The position numbers and the translations under genes are program-made. Of a stretch of 64,000 bases of DNA, positions 48,774-58,700 are shown in pieces. Position 1 is the stretch's first letter; each line of letters begins with the position of its first letter. Under the pieces are notes generated by a model that did no database searches, was not told the DNA's origin, and saw only the letters and a list, made by a program, of their open reading frames with translations. Source of the DNA: Phycisphaerae bacterium (GTDB lineage: Bacteria > Planctomycetota > Phycisphaerae > WQYP01); contig DASZTO010000096.1 in assembly GCA_035548175.1 (NCBI GenBank), positions 9,454 to 73,453 of the forward strand, given 5' to 3'.

Positions 48774-49739
48774 ATGGACGTCTTGATCACGCGCCCAATT
48801 CCCCCCGCTGGCCCGCTCGCGCTGGAAGCGGCCGGAATCGCCGTGCGCGTATCTCCCTTCGACCGGCCACTGACCGCCGACGAACTCCTCCTCGCCTCCC
48901 AGGACGTGGATGGCCTCGTCACCATGCTTACCGATAAGATCGATGCGAACTTTCTAGATGCTCGCCCGCGCGTGAAGGCCATTGCCAACTTTGCCGTGGG
49001 GTTTAACAACATCGATGTCGGCACCTGCACGGCGCGCCGTATCGGCGTCTCCAATACGCCCGATGTCCTCACCAACGCCACCGCCGAAATCGCCTGGACG
49101 CTCCTCATGGCCGCCGCACGCCGCGCTGGCGAGGCCGAACGCTCGCTCCGCTCGGGACAATGGGATGGCTGGGGGCCCCTTCAGTTCCTCGGTGTCGACG
49201 TCGTCGGCAGAACCCTCGGCGTCATTGGCGCCGGTCGCATCGGCGCTCGACTTGCCCGAATGGCTGCCGGCTTCGACATGCGGGTCCTCTACACCAACCG
49301 CCGTTCGAGTCCCGCAATGGAAGCGCTCGGCGCCCGGCTCGTCCCCCTTGATGACCTCCTGCGACAGTCAGATTTCGTCTCCCTTCACGTCCCCCTCACC
49401 CCCGAAACCCGCCACCTCATCGGCGGTCCCCAATTCGCCCTGATGAAGAAAAATGCCGTCATTGTCAATACGGCGCGCGGCCCTGTAATCGATGAAGCCG
49501 CCCTCGTCGACGCCCTCCTCCATCGGCGAATATTCGCCGCCGGCCTTGATGTCTTCGAAAACGAGCCCCGGCTTCATCCCGGCCTTGCCGAACTCCCCAA
49601 CGCCGTGCTCCTCCCCCACATCGGTTCTGCCACAGAACTCACCCGCTCCACCATGGCCAAACTCGCTGCCGAAAATCTTGTCGCTATGCTCTCCGGTCGC
49701 CGGCCGCCCACGCCGGTCAACCCGGAACTGTGGTCCTGA
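48774..49739 (+). CDS. D-isomer-specific 2-hydroxyacid dehydrogenase (glyoxylate/hydroxypyruvate reductase-like)
   Basis: NAD-binding GVIGAGRIG and catalytic R/E/H pattern. ATG 48774 with GGAG SD. Confidence 0.8.
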   Translation: MDVLITRPIPPAGPLALEAAGIAVRVSPFDRPLTADELLLASQDVDGLVTMLTDKIDANFLDARPRVKAIANFAVGFNNIDVGTCTARRIGVSNTPDVLTNATAEIAWTLLMAAARRAGEAERSLRSGQWDGWGPLQFLGVDVVGRTLGVIGAGRIGARLARMAAGFDMRVLYTNRRSSPAMEALGARLVPLDDLLRQSDFVSLHVPLTPETRHLIGGPQFALMKKNAVIVNTARGPVIDEAALVDALLHRRIFAAGLDVFENEPRLHPGLAELPNAVLLPHIGSATELTRSTMAKLAAENLVAMLSGRRPPTPVNPELWS

Positions 49740-49762
49740 TCACCTGCGCCTGCCTGCCCCTC

Positions 49763-51637
49763 CTACACCTTCCCACGCAGATGCACCATCAGGATCGTCA
49801 GATCGCTCGGCGTAATGCCCTCCAGCCGACCCGCCTGTCCCACTGTCGCCGGGCGAAACCGCTCCAGCGCCTGCTTCGCCTCATTCCGAAGCTCGCGAAT
49901 CCCTCCAAAATTGAAAGCCTGGGGAATCGCCTTATCCTCAAGTTCACGCAGCCTCTGCGCCGTCTGCTTCTCTCTTTCTATATAACCCGCATACTTCGCC
50001 TCGATCTCAACTTGCCCCCACACCGCATCGCCAAATCGCCCCACTGGCGTGCCCCGCTCCAGTGCGATCTGCCGCACTTCCTGCGCGGAAGTGTCGGGCC
50101 GCCGCAGCAACTCATATGCCGTAATCCCGTTGTGCTCCATCCGTACACGCGTCGATTGCAGGGCTTTCGTCAGCGCCGCCATGTCCGATAGCTTTCGTGA
50201 AAGCCGCTCCGTCCGTGCCGATGACGCAAGCCCTAGCGCCGCGCCCACCGGAGTCAACCGTTGATCCGCATTGTCCGAGCGCAGCGTCAGACGAAATTCC
50301 GCGCGGCTCGTAAACATGCGATAAGGTTCCGTCGGCGTCTTGGTGATCAGATCGTCAATCATCACGCCTATATACGCTTGATCGCGCGCAAGCGTGAATC
50401 GCCCCTCGCCGCGCACACGCCGGGCCGCGTTGATCCCCGCCACGATCCCCTGTCCCGCCGCCTCCTCATAGCCTGAAGTGCCGTTCAATTGCCCCGCGAA
50501 AAACAACCCCGACACCCGCCGCGTCTCCAGCGTGCCGTCCACCTGGTGCGTCGGCGAAAAGTCGTATTCCACCGCATATCCCCATCGCAGCACCTTCGCC
50601 CCCTCCAGCCCCGTGATCGAATGAATCATCTCGATCTGCACATCCTCAGGCAGGCTCGTCGAAATCCCGTTGCAGTAGATCTCGTTGGTCTCCAGACCCT
50701 CAGGCTCCAGAAAGACCTGATGCGCGTCCTTATCGGCAAAGCGAACGACTTTGTCCTCGATCGACGGGCAATACCGCGGTCCGCGCGAATGAATCTGCCC
50801 TGAATACATTGGCGCTCGATGAAGATTCGCGCGAATCATCTCATGCACGCGATTGTTGGTATAAGTGATATGCATCGGCACCTGTTGCAACGCCGGAAAT
50901 GCCCCCGCCGCCGTCAGATCCGAAAATGGCGTCGGCGGATCATCGCCCGGCTGCTCCTGCAATCCCCCAAAATCGATCGACTCCTTCGCCACCCGAGGCG
51001 GGGTCCCCGTCTTCAGCCGCCCGAGTTCAAAACCCATCTCCAGCAGGCTGCCCGACAGGCCTCGCGCTGTCTGCTCGCCCACGCGTCCCCCCTCCGTCTT
51101 GCGCTCGCCTGTATGCATCAGCGCCCGCAAAAATGTCCCCGTCGTCACCACCACCGCCCTCGCGCCCAAACGCCGGCCGTCCTGCAGCACCACGCCCTGA
51201 ATCGTCTTCCGCCCCTCCCCAGCGGCGTCGCCCTCCTCGCACGTTTCAAAGCGATCAACGATGCCGCTAATGATCGACAGATTGCCGCAGTGCTCGCGCA
51301 GCATCTCCTGAACCTTTCGCGCATAGCGATACTTGTCCGCCTGTGCCCGCGGCGACTGCACCGCCGGCCCCTTGGAACGGTTCAACATGCGGAACTGGAT
51401 CCCCGTCGCATCGATCGCCCGTCCCATCAGCCCCCCAAGCGCATCGATCTCGCGGACCATCTGCCCCTTCGCAAGTCCGCCAATCGCCGGATTGCACGAC
51501 ATGCGCCCAATCGCCTCCGGATCCATCGTCACCATCGCCACGCCGCCCCGATCGCCCAGCATGTGCGACGCCGCCCACGCCGCTTCCGCGCCCGCGTGCC
51601 CGCCCCCAATCACGATCACATCAAAAAAATCCGCCAC
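49763..51637 (-). CDS. mnmG: tRNA uridine 5-carboxymethylaminomethyl modification enzyme MnmG (GidA)
   Basis: MADFFDVIVIGGGHAGAEAA... full-length MnmG. Confidence 0.93.
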   Translation of the reverse strand: MADFFDVIVIGGGHAGAEAAWAASHMLGDRGGVAMVTMDPEAIGRMSCNPAIGGLAKGQMVREIDALGGLMGRAIDATGIQFRMLNRSKGPAVQSPRAQADKYRYARKVQEMLREHCGNLSIISGIVDRFETCEEGDAAGEGRKTIQGVVLQDGRRLGARAVVVTTGTFLRALMHTGERKTEGGRVGEQTARGLSGSLLEMGFELGRLKTGTPPRVAKESIDFGGLQEQPGDDPPTPFSDLTAAGAFPALQQVPMHITYTNNRVHEMIRANLHRAPMYSGQIHSRGPRYCPSIEDKVVRFADKDAHQVFLEPEGLETNEIYCNGISTSLPEDVQIEMIHSITGLEGAKVLRWGYAVEYDFSPTHQVDGTLETRRVSGLFFAGQLNGTSGYEEAAGQGIVAGINAARRVRGEGRFTLARDQAYIGVMIDDLITKTPTEPYRMFTSRAEFRLTLRSDNADQRLTPVGAALGLASSARTERLSRKLSDMAALTKALQSTRVRMEHNGITAYELLRRPDTSAQEVRQIALERGTPVGRFGDAVWGQVEIEAKYAGYIEREKQTAQRLRELEDKAIPQAFNFGGIRELRNEAKQALERFRPATVGQAGRLEGITPSDLTILMVHLRGKV

Positions 51638-51646
51638 GCAACACCG

Positions 51647-54601
51647 CTACTCCAGTTCCACCCAGTTCGGACCCACCCCCAGATCCACACGTATCGGCAC
51701 CCGCAACCGCATCGCCTCCTCCATCTCCCGTCGCACCAGCTCCGAAATCTCCCCCGCCGCCGAGGTCCGGCATTCAAACACCAGCTCGTCGTGAATCTGC
51801 ATCAGCATCCGCACCACCTCCGGTTGATTCACAATCCTGCGATGAATCTTCACCATCGCCACCTTGATCAAATCGGCGGCTGATCCCTGAATCACCGAAT
51901 TCAACGCCGCACGCTGCCCGAATTGCCGCCGCGATTGTATCGGCGAGTTGATGTCCGGTATCGCCCGCCGCCGCCCCAGAATCGTCGTCACATACCCGTT
52001 CGTCTGCGCCTCCATGATGCATTCGTGCGTAAACGCTTCAATCGCCGGAAATCGCCGCCGATATGCGGTGATGTACTGATTCGCCTGTTCCTGCGGTATC
52101 TTCAAAACTTGCGAAAGACCAAACCCCGTCTGCCCATAAATGATGCCGAAGTTCACCGTCTTGGCCACCGCGCGCATCTCCGGCGTCACCTCGCTCTCCG
52201 CCACGTTGTTGATCTCCGCGGCCACCATCCGATGCACGTCCTTGTTCGCCGCGAACGCCTCCACCAGCGCCTTCTCCTGGCAATAATGCGCCAGCATCCG
52301 CAGCTCAATCTGCGAATAATCCGCGGAAATCAGCACATTCCCCGGTGCCGCCACAAACGCCCGCCGTATCTCCCGCCCGATCTCCGTCTTCACCGGAATG
52401 TTCTGCAGGTTCGGATCGCTCGACGACAGCCGCCCCGTCTCCGCCACCGTCTGGTTGAAATGCGCATGCACCCGCCCCGTCCGCGCATTGGGCAGACCCG
52501 ACAGCGCGTCCAGGTACGTGTTCTTCAGTTTCGCAAGTGACCGATACTCCACCACCAGCGCCGGCACCGGATGCCGATCTGCCAACTTCTCAAGAACCGT
52601 TATATCCGTGCTCGGTCCGGTCTTCGTCTTCTTGATCACCGGCAGCTTCAACTGCTTGAACAACACGTCCGCAAGCTGCTTCGGCGAATCCTGATTGAAG
52701 TCAATCCCCGCCGCGATCTTGATCCGCCCGCGCAGGTCGATCAGCTTCTTCTCAATCTCCACGCTCAGCCCCTTCAGCAGCGACGCGTCGATCGTGACCC
52801 CGAAGTACTCCATATCCGCCAGCACCTGCACCAGCGGCATTTCCACCTCGTAAAACAGCTTCTCCGCCCCCATCTCCCTCAACTGCGGATACAGCCGTTC
52901 CGCCAGCCGAAGTGTGACGTCCGCATCTTCCGCCGCGTAATGCGCCGCTCGAGACACCGGCACATCGGCGAAGGAAATCTGCTTCGTTCCCCTGCCGATC
53001 AGGTCCGTAATCGGAATCGGCCGCAGCCCCAGATGATCCGCCGCCAGCGCATCCATGCCATGGGACAGCCGCGATGAATCAATCACATATGATGCCACCA
53101 TCGTATCGAAATGCACGCCGTTTAACTGAATCCCGAAGTTACGCAACGAATTGATATCATACTTAAGATTCTGCCCAAGCTTCGGAATCTCAGCATCCGC
53201 AAGCAGCGGCCCAAGACACTCGCGCACCACCATCTCGTCCAGCACCCCGTCGCCCGCTCCTTTCACCGCGACATAGAAGCCCGTTCCCGTCCTCGCGGAA
53301 AGAGAAATCCCGCACAGGTGCGAAGCCATCGATCCCAGCGCATCGGTCTCCGTGTCTACCGCCAGCCACGCCGGCCGATCCCCGCGCGCTTTTACCTCCG
53401 CCAGTTGCCGCCGCAACGTCGCCACCATCCCGTCCAGCAATTCCGGCGTGTTCACCAACTGATAATCGCCGATAACCGGCTGAAGACCCCCCGGCGCCGG
53501 TGGGGGGGCAATGTCCGAATCCGTCTGCAGGGCATGCTCCGGCGCTGCCGTGGCGAGCGTCACCTGGTCCTCCTCCGTCGGCGCGTCATGCGTCGCCGCA
53601 CCCTGGTCAAACAAACCCCCCTCGATCTTCTGCGGCGCCGCCGCCGCACGCGCCGGACCCTGCGAAACTAGCGGTGCCGGCGGCGGAGCCTTGAGCGTCA
53701 CCGGCGCCGCCGGCCCCTCGCCCCCGCGATACATCCCCACCACCTGCTCCAGCATCGTCAGCAATTTCGAAAACCCAAGCTGCTGAAAAATCGGCGCCAG
53801 CTTCGGCAATAACTCCGGATGCACCTCCGCCGCCGCCCACTCAAACGCCGGCACAGGCACATCGAACTGCAGCTCCACCAGCTTGCGCGAATTCTCCAGC
53901 ACGTGCAGGTTGTTCCGAAATACCTCCCCGATCTTCCCCCCGATCTTCTCCTTGTTGGCGATCACCCCATCCAGCGACCCATACGTCGCAATCCACTTCG
54001 CCGCCGTCTTCGGCCCCACCCCCGGAATCCCCGGAATGTTGTCCACCGTGTCCCCCGTGAGCACCAGCACATCCCGCGCCTGCGCCGGCGAATACCCCTT
54101 CTTCTCCATCAGCTTCGCCGCATCGATCTCCTCGCCAAGCTGAATATCGTACATCACAACTTTATCATCAATCAGCTGGTCCAGGTCCTTGTCCTTCGTG
54201 CACATGTATACTTTGCAATCGGGGCACTCAGGATCCGTCCGCAGCCGCCGCACCACGGTGGCAATCGCATCGTCCGCCTCATACCCATCCGCCTTAAACA
54301 GCGGAATCCCCACCGTATCGCAAATCTGCAAAATGCGATCGATCTGCGGCGGCATGTCCTCCGGCATCGGTTTCCGCTGCGCCTTATACGTTTCCGATAC
54401 CGCCTCCCGCCCCGATGTCCCCGCATCCATCGCCAATATCACGTGCGTCGGCTTGCGCATCTGAAACAGCTTCAGCAGCATCGCCACAAAGCCAAACGTC
54501 GCATTCGTCGGCTCCCCCGAAGGCGAACGCAATCCCATCACCGCATAATACGACCGGTATATCTGGGCATGCCCGTCGATGATGTACAAGGTATGCGACA
54601 T
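51647..54601 (-). CDS. polA: DNA polymerase I (5'-3' exo, 3'-5' exo and polymerase domains, with a Pro/Ala-rich linker insertion)
   Basis: Start MSHTLYIIDGHAQIYRSYYA (complement of 54599-54601). Pol A motifs (RRAAKTVNFGIIYG, QIHDELVFE). Confidence 0.93.
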   Translation of the reverse strand: MSHTLYIIDGHAQIYRSYYAVMGLRSPSGEPTNATFGFVAMLLKLFQMRKPTHVILAMDAGTSGREAVSETYKAQRKPMPEDMPPQIDRILQICDTVGIPLFKADGYEADDAIATVVRRLRTDPECPDCKVYMCTKDKDLDQLIDDKVVMYDIQLGEEIDAAKLMEKKGYSPAQARDVLVLTGDTVDNIPGIPGVGPKTAAKWIATYGSLDGVIANKEKIGGKIGEVFRNNLHVLENSRKLVELQFDVPVPAFEWAAAEVHPELLPKLAPIFQQLGFSKLLTMLEQVVGMYRGGEGPAAPVTLKAPPPAPLVSQGPARAAAAPQKIEGGLFDQGAATHDAPTEEDQVTLATAAPEHALQTDSDIAPPPAPGGLQPVIGDYQLVNTPELLDGMVATLRRQLAEVKARGDRPAWLAVDTETDALGSMASHLCGISLSARTGTGFYVAVKGAGDGVLDEMVVRECLGPLLADAEIPKLGQNLKYDINSLRNFGIQLNGVHFDTMVASYVIDSSRLSHGMDALAADHLGLRPIPITDLIGRGTKQISFADVPVSRAAHYAAEDADVTLRLAERLYPQLREMGAEKLFYEVEMPLVQVLADMEYFGVTIDASLLKGLSVEIEKKLIDLRGRIKIAAGIDFNQDSPKQLADVLFKQLKLPVIKKTKTGPSTDITVLEKLADRHPVPALVVEYRSLAKLKNTYLDALSGLPNARTGRVHAHFNQTVAETGRLSSSDPNLQNIPVKTEIGREIRRAFVAAPGNVLISADYSQIELRMLAHYCQEKALVEAFAANKDVHRMVAAEINNVAESEVTPEMRAVAKTVNFGIIYGQTGFGLSQVLKIPQEQANQYITAYRRRFPAIEAFTHECIMEAQTNGYVTTILGRRRAIPDINSPIQSRRQFGQRAALNSVIQGSAADLIKVAMVKIHRRIVNQPEVVRMLMQIHDELVFECRTSAAGEISELVRREMEEAMRLRVPIRVDLGVGPNWVELE

Positions 54602-54700
54602 ATCACCCGCAAACTGCAGACGCGCCGATTCCACAAACAACAGCATCCCCCGCCGCGACGCCCGCGCGGTCAGAAGCCATGCTGACCTTCATTCTAGCCC

Positions 54701-55639
54701 TCAACTCGTCGGAAGTTTCTTCGCAAACCACGCCCACATCTTCCCCCACGCGTCCTTCGCCTTCTCCGCGTTATACGCACCCGTCTTCGCCGCGCTCTTG
54801 CTCGCAAACGCATGCCCCACGCCATCAAACCGGTAAATCGTCACGTTGTCCCCCTGCTTGCCCGCCTGCTTTAGCGCCACCACAAACTTGTTCACATCCG
54901 CCGGCGATGGGGCCTTGTCATCGTTCCCGAAAATCCCCAGCACCGGCCCGTCAATCGGCTTGAGCTTCAGCCAGTCCGTCTCCAGCGGCCCATAGAAAAT
55001 TGCCGTCGCATGAATACGCCCATCGTGCATCGCCAGGTCCAGCGCCTCCGTTCCCCCCATGCACCATCCCACCACCCCCACACGCTGCGGATTCACCACC
55101 CCGTTCCGCGCCTCCTCGCTGATCAAATCCAGCCCCGTCTTCATCGCCGTCATCGCCGCCGCTTCCGTCATCCCCTCCTTCAACTGCGCCGCCTTCGTCG
55201 GATCGTCCGTCGTCTTTCCATAAAACAGATCCGGCGCCACCGCATAGTACCCGTGCTGCGCAAACTCCCGCGTCCGCTCCTGCATGTCCTCATTCACCCC
55301 CCACCATTCCTGCACCAGAATCACCGCCGCCGCCGGATGCGCCTTGTTCAAATTCGCCGGCTCCGCAAAATACAGCCGCACATCCTTCCCATCCTGCGAC
55401 TTCCGCGTAATCCACCCCGCCTTCGCCGCCGCGTTGCTCACCTGCTGCATCTGCTGCTGCTGCGGTTTGGAATCCTGATCCATCTCATCTTCCAACGCCT
55501 GATTGTGCTCCTGCACCGCGTTGTCGATCGAATTATGCACAAAATCCTTCACCCCCACCTGCCCCCGCGCCACCCCCAGCCCAACCCCACCCGCCGCCGC
55601 CAACACCGCCATCACCGCCACTACCATCCCGCGCCGCAT
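54701..55639 (-). CDS. Dienelactone hydrolase-family protein (secreted)
   Basis: Signal peptide. DLH pattern (VILVQEWWGVN, GWCMGG nucleophile elbow, DDKAPSP, GVGHAF). Confidence 0.75.
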   Translation of the reverse strand: MRRGMVVAVMAVLAAAGGVGLGVARGQVGVKDFVHNSIDNAVQEHNQALEDEMDQDSKPQQQQMQQVSNAAAKAGWITRKSQDGKDVRLYFAEPANLNKAHPAAAVILVQEWWGVNEDMQERTREFAQHGYYAVAPDLFYGKTTDDPTKAAQLKEGMTEAAAMTAMKTGLDLISEEARNGVVNPQRVGVVGWCMGGTEALDLAMHDGRIHATAIFYGPLETDWLKLKPIDGPVLGIFGNDDKAPSPADVNKFVVALKQAGKQGDNVTIYRFDGVGHAFASKSAAKTGAYNAEKAKDAWGKMWAWFAKKLPTS

Positions 55640-55678
55640 AAAGCACCTCCAAGCATCGAATCCACTATCATAGCCCCC

Positions 55679-57352
55679 TCACAACGCCTGCTCCGCCAAC
55701 GCCACCGCCTTCAAAAGCGCCGACGCCTTGTTCATGCACTCCTGCCACTCGCTCGCCGGCACCGAATCCGCCACCAGCCCCGCACCCGCCTGCACATACA
55801 CCTTCCACCCCTCCCCCTCTGACCTCTGACCGCCGCCCGCTGGCAACTTCGTAATCACCATCGTCCGCAGCGCAATGCACGTATCCACGTTCCTATTGTA
55901 ATCGATATACCCCACCGCCCCCGCATACGGCCCCCGCTTCGTCGGCTCCAATTCATCAATGATCTGCATCGCCCGAATCTTCGGCGCACCGCTCACCGTT
56001 CCCACCGGCAGCGCCAGCCGCAACGCATCGAACGCCGTCTTGTCCTTCGCCAGCTTCCCCGTCACGTTCGATACAATATGCATCACATGCGAATACCGCT
56101 CCACCGTCATCACATGGTCCACCTTCACCGTCCCCAACTCCGCCGCCCGCCCCACATCGTTCCGCCCCAGGTCCACCAGCATGATATGCTCCGCCCGCTC
56201 CTTCGGATCCGCCAGCAAATCCTCCTCCAGCGCCTTGTCCTCCGCCTCCGTCGCCCCGCGCTTCCGCGTCCCCGCCAGCGGCCGATTCGTGATCACCCCA
56301 TCCTGCACCCGACACATGATCTCCGGGCTGCTCCCCGCCAATATGCACTCCGGACTGCTCAAATAAAACATGAACGGGCTCGGATTGATCACCCGCAACG
56401 CCCGGTAAATGTCGAACGGCCGCGCCTTCGTCACCGCCTCCAGCCGCTGCGACAGCACCACCTGAAATATGTCCCCGCTCTTGATGTACTCCTTCGCCGC
56501 CAGCACCGCCTTCTCGAATTCCTCCTTCGAAAAATTGCTCGTATACGCCGGCCGCCCCTCGCGCGAAAGATCCACGCTCGCCAGCTCAAACGCCATCGGC
56601 GATTCCAGCGCATCCATCATCCCCCCGATCCGTCCCACCGCCTCCCCGTAAATCTCCTTATACGTCCGCCGATCCCCCGGCATGATCCGCGCATTGGCCA
56701 CCACCAGCACCGTCTTCTGCACGTGATCGAATATCACCAGGTCGTCATATATCCCAAACAGCAAGTCCGGCAGCCTCCGATCGTCCCGCGGCATCCCCGT
56801 CAGCTTCTCCGGCTCCAGATACCTCACCGTGTCATACGCCGCATACCCCACCGCCCCGCCCACAAAACTCGGCAACGTCGCTCCGCCCCCCGCTCCCCCC
56901 GCCGCCGCCCCCAACCCCCGAACCCCCTGCACCGGCGCCAGCAGATTCTCCAGCTCCTTCAGCGGATCGCTCGCCGTGAACGTCTTGCTCGCCGCCGCCC
57001 CCCGCCCATTGCCGCCCCCGCCCCCATGCTGCTCGATCGTCACCTCCTGCCCATACGCCCGGATCACCGTCCGCGGCCCCGCCGCCACAAACGAATACCG
57101 CGCGATCCGCTCCCCACCCACCACCGATTCCAGCAGAAACGCATACTCCGACCGCCGCGCCAACCGCTCATACGCCGTCACCGGCGTCAAGTGGTCCCCA
57201 AGCAACGTGCGATACACCGGTATCGCCACGCCCCCGCCCCCGTTGCTTCCATTGACCCCCATGGGCATCGCGGCAATCCGCTGAAAATCCTCAAACGTCG
57301 GCGTGTGAACGGGGGGCACGGCCACGGCAATCTCCGCACGGTAAAACCCCAT
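55679..57352 (-). CDS. trpE: Anthranilate synthase component I
   Basis: Conserved TrpE (LLESVVGGERIARYSF ... GAPKIRAMQIIDELEPTKRGPYAGAVGY). Start ambiguous (57352 or 57379). Confidence 0.88.
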   Translation of the reverse strand: MGFYRAEIAVAVPPVHTPTFEDFQRIAAMPMGVNGSNGGGGVAIPVYRTLLGDHLTPVTAYERLARRSEYAFLLESVVGGERIARYSFVAAGPRTVIRAYGQEVTIEQHGGGGGNGRGAAASKTFTASDPLKELENLLAPVQGVRGLGAAAGGAGGGATLPSFVGGAVGYAAYDTVRYLEPEKLTGMPRDDRRLPDLLFGIYDDLVIFDHVQKTVLVVANARIMPGDRRTYKEIYGEAVGRIGGMMDALESPMAFELASVDLSREGRPAYTSNFSKEEFEKAVLAAKEYIKSGDIFQVVLSQRLEAVTKARPFDIYRALRVINPSPFMFYLSSPECILAGSSPEIMCRVQDGVITNRPLAGTRKRGATEAEDKALEEDLLADPKERAEHIMLVDLGRNDVGRAAELGTVKVDHVMTVERYSHVMHIVSNVTGKLAKDKTAFDALRLALPVGTVSGAPKIRAMQIIDELEPTKRGPYAGAVGYIDYNRNVDTCIALRTMVITKLPAGGGQRSEGEGWKVYVQAGAGLVADSVPASEWQECMNKASALLKAVALAEQAL

Positions 57353-57908
57353 TATACAGAACTTCTCCCCACCCCACATCGCGGCGGCGCGCCCATCTCT
57401 TCTGCTGCTAACGCGCCAATTCATCCCGCCCTGACAGCATTTTCAGCCCACAACTTTCGTGTGTTTCGTACCCTTCGTGGCCACTTTACGTCGTCGTGGG
57501 GGCGAGGGGGGGAACCCGGCATCGTCCCTCCGCGCACTCCCGACCTCCGCGCCCTCCGCGCTGAAAATCCCCGGGACACTCCCCCAAGCACAGCGCCTCC
57601 TCTTTGGTTGCGGTCCCTCGCCCTTGGTTTGCCGACCTCGCCGCGCCATGGTCCTTGCTTCCGTCGTGCCTTCGCGTTTTCGTCTGGACCAGCCACACGG
57701 ACCTTGCCATGCCCATCGCCGGGCCCCACCCGACCCCACATTTCCGGCCGCCGCTCTCCCCCGCTATTATCTTTCCCGGCGCGAAATCGCCTCAGCCACG
57801 CATCTTCCTTTGCAATAATGATTTGCCTCCCCAGTTATAGGACCGGCCGATCGTAAGCGATGGCGGTAAACTATCGGCCCCCCCCAACCGATGTAAAACT
57901 GGGAAACA

Positions 57909-57950
57909 TGAGCAGACCCGGAAAGTCGGGTAAACTTTGAGGCCTGCTCA
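57909..57950 (+). promoter_or_regulatory. Nested inverted repeats upstream of the HTH-REC gene (TGAGCAG-ACCCG-gaaagt-CGGGT-...-CTGCTCA)
   Basis: Perfect 7-bp outer and 5-bp inner inverted repeats. Function unknown. Confidence 0.25.
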
Positions 57951-57995
57951 GCTTTACAGGCCACCTCCGCGCTGGCCCACAACTGGAGCTTCGCC

Positions 57996-58628
57996 GTGAG
58001 CACCAACCCCCCAACACCGCCGAACTCCCAGACGCCCCCCACACCGCCCGCCAACGTCCCCGTCAAGGACGTCTACACCACCGGTGAGGCCGCCGAAATC
58101 TGCAAGGTCTCCCAGCAAACCATCATCCGCTGCTTCGACGCCGGCCGTCTCGGTGGCTTCCGCGTCCCCGGCTCCAAGTTCCGCCGCATCCCACGCGACG
58201 CACTCATCAAGTTCATGAAAGAAAACGGCATCCCCCTCGACAACCTCGAGTCCGGACGCCGCAAAATCCTCGTCGTCGACGATGACGCCGAAATCGTCGA
58301 GCTCTTCGTCGACGTCCTCAATCGCGATGGCCGCTTCGAAGTCCGCACCGCCTCCTCCGGTTACGACGCCGGCGTGCTCACCCAGGAATTCCAGCCCGAC
58401 CTGATGATCCTCGATTACATGCTCCCCGACATCAACGGCAACGTCGTCTGCCAGACCGTCCGCAGCAACCCCAAGTTCGAGCATATGAAAATCATCATCG
58501 TCTCCGGCGTCGTCAATCAGGAAGAAATCAACGACCTCCTCCAGGCCGGCGCCGACGACTTCGTCAAAAAACCCTTCAATATCGAAAAATTGATCGAGCG
58601 CATGGCCGAACTCCTCCAACTCACGTAA
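57996..58628 (+). CDS. Response regulator with N-terminal excisionase/MerR-type HTH and C-terminal receiver domain
   Basis: GTG start. HTH (VYTTGEAAEICKVSQQTIIRCFDAG...RRIPRDALIKFM) followed by REC (KILVVDDD...LMILDYMLPDING...IIIVSG...KKPF). Confidence 0.75.
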   Translation: MSTNPPTPPNSQTPPTPPANVPVKDVYTTGEAAEICKVSQQTIIRCFDAGRLGGFRVPGSKFRRIPRDALIKFMKENGIPLDNLESGRRKILVVDDDAEIVELFVDVLNRDGRFEVRTASSGYDAGVLTQEFQPDLMILDYMLPDINGNVVCQTVRSNPKFEHMKIIIVSGVVNQEEINDLLQAGADDFVKKPFNIEKLIERMAELLQLT

Positions 58629-58700
58629 ATTTCGCATACGCGGCCTGCCCGCATCGCCCTCTCCCCGGTGCAGCGTTTTGTTTTGCTCAGGTAGACCTCT

